From Catajapyx aquilonaris (lineage: Eukaryota), in NCBI GenBank assembly GCA_000934665.2, contig JYFJ02001606.1, positions 55,176 through 75,175 on the forward strand: 20,000 nucleotides of DNA. The letters are read 5' to 3'. The notes beneath the pieces were generated by a model. It was not told where the DNA came from. It ran no database searches and worked only from the letters and a program-made list of their open reading frames with translations. Of the stretch, positions 13,326 through 20,000 are shown in pieces (within the stretch, counting starts at the first letter, position 1; the number at the start of each line of letters is the position of its first letter). The translations under genes and the position numbers were made by a program.

Positions 13326-14259
13326 CTGTGCCTTTTGTGTAGAGACCCGCTTAACAACTGGGGACCAACTTTGCCGAAGATTGAAGCTTATTGTGGGTTC
13401 GACCCAGTGAACATTGTGAGAGTGATTACCTGAGTGCAACAAGTGAAAGCTAAGGACTTCCAAGGTGTTGGAAGCTACTTGTTTCTTTTCTGAGAAAAGA
13501 AACCCCCCCCCCCTGCTCCTTACCTAAAAGCATAATTATGTATGTAGTCAGCAGACAATGAGAATATACTCAAAACCACCTGTTTCCGTCCTATGAACTA
13601 TACTAATGCGCCTATTAAGACACACAGTTTGAAAAATCGTTAACCCTGTTTGCTGCAACTACGGTCTAATTTGCATCAAATTATTCACAAGTGAATCATG
13701 ACGTAAATAAATGCCATGGATTTATCAGAGTAGTTCTGTCTCTTGTGGTGACAATGTTCCAGAAAAATGTCTTCTTCATATTGCAACATCGATAAGTAGA
13801 ATATTATATCAAAATTTTAAATGCTATTGTCTACATTGGTTGGAGATAAAAAGTTGCGATATGGCGGTTGTTGATATGTTTTATGCAAAATTGATTTGCA
13901 ATGTGGAAATCCTGACATCACAATACCCTAATCCCAGTTCTTCACAGCAGAACTTATCAAGAAAAATTGACTGCAAGGTGCAACGGTATAAGGTTCGGCG
14001 ATGTACCACTATTTATTATTGACATTACACTAATTGCTTACTCCAGTAATCATCGTTGTAAAACCAGCAATTCGGCTAACAGAATGTGGCCTTGATTGTT
14101 GCTTCCAATACTTCTATATTTTAACTGGTTTCTGGAGTGAACAACTCATTCTTTCGTATAAGAGAGATCACAATGGAAGCCCACAATTTTCAGGGTAACG
14201 TAATGCTGTCATAACAGTTCAGCAAGTGCATTGCACGAGAGATACAAGGCTTCCTTATT

Positions 14260-14311
14260 AACATGTGGTGCTTCATTATTTTGTTTCATTGCCAGAGCAA
14301 CAGGTGTTGCA
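14260..14311 (+). promoter_or_regulatory. Conserved upstream module of copy 1 (AACATGTGG + TTGC-N3-AGCAACAGGTGYTGCA)
   Basis: AACATGTGG at 14260-14268 and AGCAACAGGTG at 14296-14306; both motifs recur upstream of all four intact copies. Confidence 0.6.
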
Positions 14312-14469
14312 TGTGCTGTACATTTTCTCCCAGTTCCTCACTCAAACCCAGCCAGACGTCAATCCGTGCCTCGCAATTGCGCATCACTGAATCCCGATCA
14401 TTCCAAAGAAGATAGTCAGGTTATCAGAATAGGAGAAAAAAAAAGTTGTAGACCTGAGAAGAGATCAGA

Positions 14470-14899
14470 ATGGCCAAGTGCTTTGCTCTCTTCTTCCTTA
14501 TTCTACTGGTGACAGCAGGAATTATTGCTTTAGATTGCCGACCAGGTAAACGTGCACATTTTTTACTCACGAATTCGCCATATGGTAAAGAGGTTCATTA
14601 CATTTTAAAGACATACGGTATGTGTGTCAATAATTATTGCAGATCAGTGCAAGCCAGGGACTAAGTACTTCAATGGCTGCAACAACTGCACTTGTGGCAA
14701 CACATTATTGGAAGACATTTGCACAGAAAAAGCTTGTCCCAAGAAACCAGGAGAATGTCCCAATGACACAAGCGGGCAAGGAATATGTCTGTTTGACCCA
14801 AACGTCAACTGTTGGGATGACTACCAGTGTTGTGGAACAAAGAAGTGTTGTCCTTCCGGTTGCAATGGAATTTGCAAGGAAGTAGCTACTGTAGAATAG
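14470..14899 (+). CDS. Secreted pacifastin-like + WAP domain protein, copy 1 (subtype A), 110 aa
   Basis: Exons 14470-14545 and 14643-14899 (phase-1 GT-AG intron). MAKCFALFFLILLVTAGIIALDCRPDQ-CKPGTKYFNGCNNCTCGNTLLEDICTEKAC-PK-KPGECPNDTSGQGICLFDPNVNCWDDYQCCGTKKCCPSGCNGICKEVATVE. Confidence 0.9.
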
Positions 14900-15675
14900 C
14901 CTACTGAGAAAGTAAAAATGTATTCGCCACGTATGCAAAGATAAGCCAGGTTTCACTGATAAAGTTATTTTTATTTGCGTTTAGTGTACTCTGATTCACT
15001 TTGTTTAGTCGGTTGTAGTTACTTAGGCTCATCGCATATTTTACAGTAGGCTACACAATGCCTTTTATTTTATGGGTGTGAGTTCCGTCACCCCGTCACG
15101 TTATACCGGTACCGGTTTCTTCATTTGAACGTTCCTTATGCTATGTAGTTTATGAAATAACTGGGAGCTTCGTAGAGGTTATTGGCATTTATAATTAATT
15201 TCTTAATCTGCAATTATTTTACTTCGTCTTTACATTAGAGTCTGCTTACACATTAAAAGTATTTCATAAACTGCTAATAAAAAGAGCAGCTGAGCTAAAA
15301 AAATTATCAGAATATAGTAATCTGCTACTTTTGCGTTTAAGTAATTTGGTGACATACCTTCAGCAGTAGTAGTTACTGTTTGACTGAGTAATAACAATGC
15401 TTATATATACCTTCAATAATATCAGTGTTACTTTGTAACGTACTGTAACGTCACATTTAAAAGAAATTATCTCAGCTATGAAAAAATAAATATCCTCTCT
15501 TAAATCGCTTTATATTAAAATATTCCAGCACCTTAAATATTATCACAGGCTACTTTTGCAATCGATATCCCTTGTTTGAGTAGAATAAAAAGTTCACAAT
15601 AAATATTATTCTCCCATATTTTCAACCCTCAGCCAACGCAATGAAGCAAATATGTGCATTTTGCAATGATATGGG

Positions 15676-15761
15676 CCACATGTTTTGCAAATATTATCAC
15701 AAGGCATATCTGCATATTCATCTACGAATTTTGCGCCATTGCAAAAGCAACAGGTGTTGCA
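15676..15761 (+). promoter_or_regulatory. Conserved upstream module of copy 2
   Basis: CCACATGTT at 15676-15684 (reverse complement of AACATGTGG) and AGCAACAGGTG at 15746-15756. Confidence 0.6.
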
Positions 15762-15921
15762 AAGAAATACGAAATAGCTTCCTCGTCTTTATTAATTCAA
15801 ATTGTGAGCAAACGCATGCCTTTCACACCTTCGCATTGCTCACTAAATCAGCAGCGTCTGAAGGAGAAGCAAGAGAGGTTATCCCGTATTTATCCGAACC
15901 TGGTTATACCGAGATCCAGTC

Positions 15922-16322
15922 ATGTCGAAAGTATTTGTCCTCCTCTGCCTTATTCTGGTGATAACAGCAGGAGTCACTATTGCTTGCCGCCCAGGTAAAT
16001 ACAAATTTTACGATATATTTTAATTCATTTTGCTGATTTTATATCTGTATCCTACTTTCTAATACTATCTTGCACAGATCCGTGTAAACCAGGGACCAAG
16101 TACTTCAATGGATGTAACGACTGCACCTGTGGCGATACACCATGCGACGACAGGTGCACCAAGAGAGGCTGCCGAGTTAAACCCGGAAAATGTCCAGATA
16201 ATAAAGATAGCAAGATTTGCCCTGGCACAAAGTTCTGTGCCAGTGACTACGATTGTTGCGGACAACAAAGGTGCTGTGATTCGGGTGGCGTTATGATTTG
16301 TCAGGATCCACTTGATTTATAA
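15922..16322 (+). CDS. Secreted pacifastin-like + WAP domain protein, copy 2 (subtype B), 105 aa
   Basis: Exons 15922-15994 and 16078-16322; this frame is absent from the ORF track. MSKVFVLLCLILVITAGVTIACRPDP-CKPGTKYFNGCNDCTCGDTPCDDRCTKRGC-RV-KPGKCPDNKDSKICPGTKFCASDYDCCGQQRCCDSGGVMICQDPLDL. AATAAA at 16379-16384. Confidence 0.9.
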
Positions 16323-16893
16323 ATGCAATGTGTAAAGCGACTACCTGGCGACTATACACTTTAACACTAGACCGTTTAAATAAAGCTGGATAATACGTAT
16401 TTCCTATTACTGTGTTTCTTCAGTTATCAAGGTGTCCCTTTCATGCAAAATATATTCCAAATGCCGATATCCTAATCGTGTGTTTTATTAATCATTACAA
16501 AACATGTTGTAGAGTTGACAATAATACATTTATTATACTTTTACACATTTTTTCCGTGTTTCATATGACAATATTATGGTTATATGAAACACGAATAAAA
16601 AAGAACTAACGACTGACATTATTTTGTTTCAAAATTTTGCTTATCAATATTGCGTGGGGGGACGGGGAATTTCTAGTTGCAAGCTATCCTCTTTGCTGTT
16701 TGTCCTTAACTATTCACGATACATTACTAAACGATAGTTAAATAATTCGTATGTCATAGTCGAATTTAAAATATGCAATTTTTGTATTTAAAAATCTTTC
16801 AACTATAAATTTTAAAAATTGCACATTTTGTGTAGTCCCATATGCGTTCTGCGTGATGCCTAGTATTTTATTTAGGAAGATCTGGCCTCTTAT

Positions 16894-17009
16894 GGCCGGT
16901 TTCACCGAGCCCGGTTTTGATTTAAAAAAAACCCGGCCTATCTATTTGCAGGGATTTTCCGAAAGAACGGGTTTTTTAAAAATCGAAACCGGGCTCGGTG
17001 AAACCGGTC
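16894..17009. mobile_element. MITE-like element, ~116 bp with ~42 bp imperfect terminal inverted repeats
   Basis: Left arm ggccggtttcaccgagcccggttttgatttaaaaaaaacccg (16894-16935) is nearly the reverse complement of right arm cgggttttttaaaaatcgaaaccgggctcggtgaaaccggtc (16968-17009). Flanks are TA/TTA-like. It is GC-richer than its surroundings and non-coding. Confidence 0.7.
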
Positions 17010-17536
17010 TTAGAGTGAGACCTATTCATCTGACATCTTCACCCAATATGCGAGAAGCACCCCTACTTAGCGCAAATGTTGAGAATCAAGCTGGATGTCC
17101 AATACCGGATTGCACAGATCATTATTTTAGCACTCATTTGGTAGCCTCCCACACAAATTGATCAGAAATGTGAACATTTTAAGGCCCGAATAATTGTTAC
17201 ATATCGTATAAAATAAATACGAATTAGGAAGTAGTATGACACTGCTATAACAACGAACTTACACAAATAACTTATACAAAACCGATCTTGTACCAAAATA
17301 ATAGCGATACTTTAAAATACTTGAGCTTTAGCAAAATAAATCTTTTTAAAGTTGTCCTTATGTATATACTTGAAACTTAAATATTCCAGCAACGTAAATC
17401 ACCACAGCATTTTTTTTTTGCAATTGGAATCTCTGTTTGCGAAGAACTAAAAAGTGCGCAATATTATTCCCAATCATTTCAACCCTTTGTGAGCACAATG
17501 AAGAAAATATGTACGTATAACATACAAGTTACTGTA

Positions 17537-17607
17537 CCACATGTTTTGCGAACTACAAAAATAAGTTCTCGCATATTTGCGCCATTGCTGAAGCAACAGG
17601 TGCTGCA
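17537..17607 (+). promoter_or_regulatory. Conserved upstream module of copy 3
   Basis: CCACATGTT at 17537-17545 and AGCAACAGGTG at 17592-17602. Confidence 0.6.
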
Positions 17608-17771
17608 GAGACATACGGAATACCTTCCACTTCTTTATTATTTTTCAAAATATGAGCAAGCCTTTCATGCAGTACCTTCATATTTCTCACTACATCACGA
17701 GCATTCGAGACAGAAGCAAGTGAGCTTATTCCGGCTTATTCGAACCCGGTTAAAAGTACAGAGATCCAGTA

Positions 17772-18174
17772 ATGTCGAAAGTACTTGCTCTCTGTTGCCT
17801 TATTCTGGTGATAACAGGAATCTCCATGGCTTGCCGTCCAGGTAAATACAAAATACTTCTGAGCATATTAATTAATTAGCTGTTTTTAAATCCGTACCAC
17901 TCTAATATTGTTTTGCATAGATCCATGTAAATCAGGTACCAAGTACTTCAATGGATGTAACAACTGCACTTGTGGCGATACACCATGTCAAGACAGTTGT
18001 ACCGAGAAGTTATGCAGAGAGAAACCAGGACGATGTCCCATTTCTGCAAAGACTGAAAAATGCAAGACCTGCCCGGGCACGAAGTTCTGTGCCAGTGACT
18101 ACGACTGTTGCGAAAACCAAAAGTGCTGCACTTCGGGTTCTCGCAAGGTTTGCAAGAGCCCAATAAAATCATAA
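17772..18174 (+). CDS. Secreted pacifastin-like + WAP domain protein, copy 3 (subtype B), 107 aa
   Basis: Exons 17772-17841 and 17921-18174. MSKVLALCCLILVITGISMACRPDP-CKSGTKYFNGCNNCTCGDTPCQDSCTEKLC-RE-KPGRCPISAKTEKCKTCPGTKFCASDYDCCENQKCCTSGSRKVCKSPIKS. AATAAA at 18282-18287. Confidence 0.9.
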
Positions 18175-18679
18175 ATTGGGTGGATAGAGTTGATTTAGTG
18201 TTTGATGTATACTCTCTGATGGTCAAATAATTTTTGGCAGTACAGCAATTACTGTCCATCACATGCTTAGAGAAATGTTTGAATAAAATGTATAATGTAT
18301 GTTAATAGAATGTGCATGAGCTTACTAAAAATCTCCTTCACATAAGGTACTTGGGATATTTATATGCAAATCCAGGTTTCTATTTGTTGTATCAATAAAA
18401 ATCGATAGTGCATTTCTGAATTGAATTTCTCTTCTTTGGAGATGCCTGCAGTATTTTCATTTCAAATGCTAATTACTTGAACCATCTAAATAATTATAGC
18501 GTCAGCATATTTCCTGATACCGTACAGTAAATATTTCATGAATAAATACATATATATTTCTACTTTGACTGTTAATTCTTTAGCAATTTGGATGAAACAT
18601 CTCCATTTTCACAAGCAACAATACGGTTTCTGATAATAATAGATATTACAAATAGCAGGCAAGGTTCTCAGTCGAATGC

Positions 18680-18845
18680 CCCTCGTTCATGACAATTTAG
18701 CAAATGCATTGCCTGAGTCTTACAGTTTTTTTTAAAAAAAATTGTGTCGTTGCCAGAGGATTTGTACAAAAAGAAGCCAGGAGAATGTCCCTCTGACCCA
18801 GTCGAGACTGCATCTTATGTAGTTGACCCAGATATAAACTTTTAA
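18680..18845 (+). pseudogene. Collapsed relic of a subtype A pacifastin-WAP gene
   Basis: Promoter pieces homologous to copy 4 (ccctcgttcatgacaatttagcaaatgcattgc; tgtgtcgttgccagag) run straight into KKPGECPSDPVETASYVVDPDINF* (18771-18845), which aligns to copy 4 DKPGKCPSNPIEAGPCVFDPEVNCW. No signal exon, two Cys lost, premature stop. Confidence 0.75.
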
Positions 18846-18950
18846 AGCTCTACAGAGACTACAGTAGCAGCTCACTTTTTCATTGTAACATCCCTCTTTC
18901 ATAGGAATTCAGCAAATTGCATTGCATAAAAGGTACAAGGTTCCCTAATT

Positions 18951-18998
18951 AACATGTGGTGTTTCATTTGTGTCGTTGCCAGAGCAACAGGTGCTGCA
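18951..18998 (+). promoter_or_regulatory. Conserved upstream module of copy 4
   Basis: AACATGTGG at 18951-18959 and AGCAACAGGTG at 18983-18993. Confidence 0.6.
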
Positions 18999-19134
18999 CG
19001 TGCTGTACCTTCCTCTCACTTCCTCATTCAAACGCAGCCAGAGCTAAATCAGTACGGTATACCTATAGAAATTGCGCCTTGAATCACTATATCAGAACCT
19101 GATAAAATTTGAAGACCTGACAGAGATCAGCACA

Positions 19135-19584
19135 ATGGCCAAATGCTTTATTCTCTCCTGCCTTTTTCTGCTCATCACTTCAGAAATAGCTTTCGCTTGC
19201 CGCCCAGGTAAGAACAGATTTTCAAGTCATAAATATATATTCGCCATAAAGCCAGCATATAACTCGTGCTAATTTAATGCCTTTTAAAATGTGTGCCATC
19301 AATAATATAGTGCTCTTTCAGTTCCGTGTGAACCAGAGGCTGGGTACTTCAATGGCTGCAACAACTGCACCTGTGGCAACACACGCATGGAAGACATTTG
19401 CACAGAAATAGCCTGCCCCGATAAACCTGGAAAATGCCCCTCTAATCCAATCGAGGCTGGACCTTGTGTATTTGACCCAGAGGTTAACTGCTGGGATGAC
19501 TACCAGTGTTGTGGGTCACAAAAGTGTTGTCCTTACGGTTGCAACGGAATTTGCACCGAGGTAAAAGGCCCCAAACGTGGTTAA
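19135..19584 (+). CDS. Secreted pacifastin-like + WAP domain protein, copy 4 (subtype A), 111 aa
   Basis: Exons 19135-19207 and 19322-19584. MAKCFILSCLFLLITSEIAFACRPVP-CEPEAGYFNGCNNCTCGNTRMEDICTEIAC-PD-KPGKCPSNPIEAGPCVFDPEVNCWDDYQCCGSQKCCPYGCNGICTEVKGPKRG. Confidence 0.9.
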
Positions 19585-19619
19585 TATAGAATGATATGTT
19601 ACGAACTAATGAGAAGACG

Positions 19620-20000
19620 ACCAGGAGCTTTATAAAGTCACTCGCTTTGCGAGGTGGGGGGGCTCCGCCCCCCCACACCCCCCCTTGGGGCTGCGCCCCA
19701 ATTGGCGCGCCTTCGGCGCTATGCCCGTGTTCCGCCTAATCCATCCGGTTACAGAAATCAGTGACGTTACCGGTAGCGATGAGGAGTTTCCGAACGTGCC
19801 CTCTCTGACGTATCGTTCAAAACAGCGCTTGGGAGGACAGGTGGGACCATCTGTGACGTATCGTTGCAACGGCTTGGTTTGAGCGGTTTGAGCTGTGGGG
19901 TCGAGTGACAAGCGGGTGGAGGGGAGTGGGTGGTCCATTGTTCTCGGGGATCCGGGGGGAGTTGGCGGTATACATTAATTTCGCGATCTCGGGTTTGCGT
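19620..20000. repeat. GC-rich repeat-like element with short hairpins and internal direct repeats, probably running off the window end
   Basis: Abrupt GC rise; hairpins ggggggc-tcc-gcccccc, ttggggc-tgc-gccccaa and gcgcc-ttc-ggcgc; direct repeat TGACGTATCGTT at 19806 and 19854. Class not identifiable from sequence alone. Confidence 0.45.

Noticed and set aside
6615..13463. Minus-strand ORFs (6620-6931, 10995-11312, 11630-11905, 12854-13270, 13071-13463)
   Set aside because: They are antisense shadows of GC-rich ADAMTS exons or microsatellite translations such as the poly-Ile run.
14643..14899. Calling the small genes classical crustins or single-VWC proteins
   Set aside because: The N-terminal region has the six-Cys PG..CNxCxC..CTxxxC pattern rather than the crustin four-Cys or Gly-rich region, and it lacks the C-terminal CCP..C half of VWC. 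The following CP belongs to the WAP KPGxCP motif.
14231..17845. Mutually similar ORFs 14231-14512, 15641-15998 and 17489-17845 as another gene family
   Set aside because: The similarity comes from duplicated promoter DNA; reading frames are not conserved between copies.
14296..18998. Recurring AGCAACAGGTG motif read as a CRISPR-like or dispersed repeat array
   Set aside because: Copies are 1.4-1.9 kb apart, each tied to a paralogous gene, in intron-containing eukaryotic DNA with no cas genes.

Overview
Eukaryotic genomic DNA, most likely arthropod (GT-AG introns, TTAGG/CCTAA repeats, pacifastin-type domains). Bases ~1200-13330 hold a predicted 12-exon + strand gene for a secreted ADAMTS-like (M12B) zinc metalloprotease of about 707 aa. 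It has the HEMGHNLGMRHD motif, a Thr-rich insert in the prodomain and no visible thrombospondin repeats. Bases ~14200-19600 hold a tandem + strand array of four two-exon genes (105-111 aa) plus one collapsed relic. Each gene encodes signal peptide + N-terminal Cys + pacifastin-like domain + WAP (four-disulfide core) domain. The copies fall into two subtypes in the order A-B-B-psiA-A. They differ in predicted P1 residue (Glu or Lys) and in cysteine pattern, and they share two short upstream motifs. A ~116 bp MITE-like inverted repeat, an inverted telomere-like repeat tract and a GC-rich repeat-like element at the right edge are also present. All gene models were assembled by hand from splice signals and reading-frame phase; no database searches were run.
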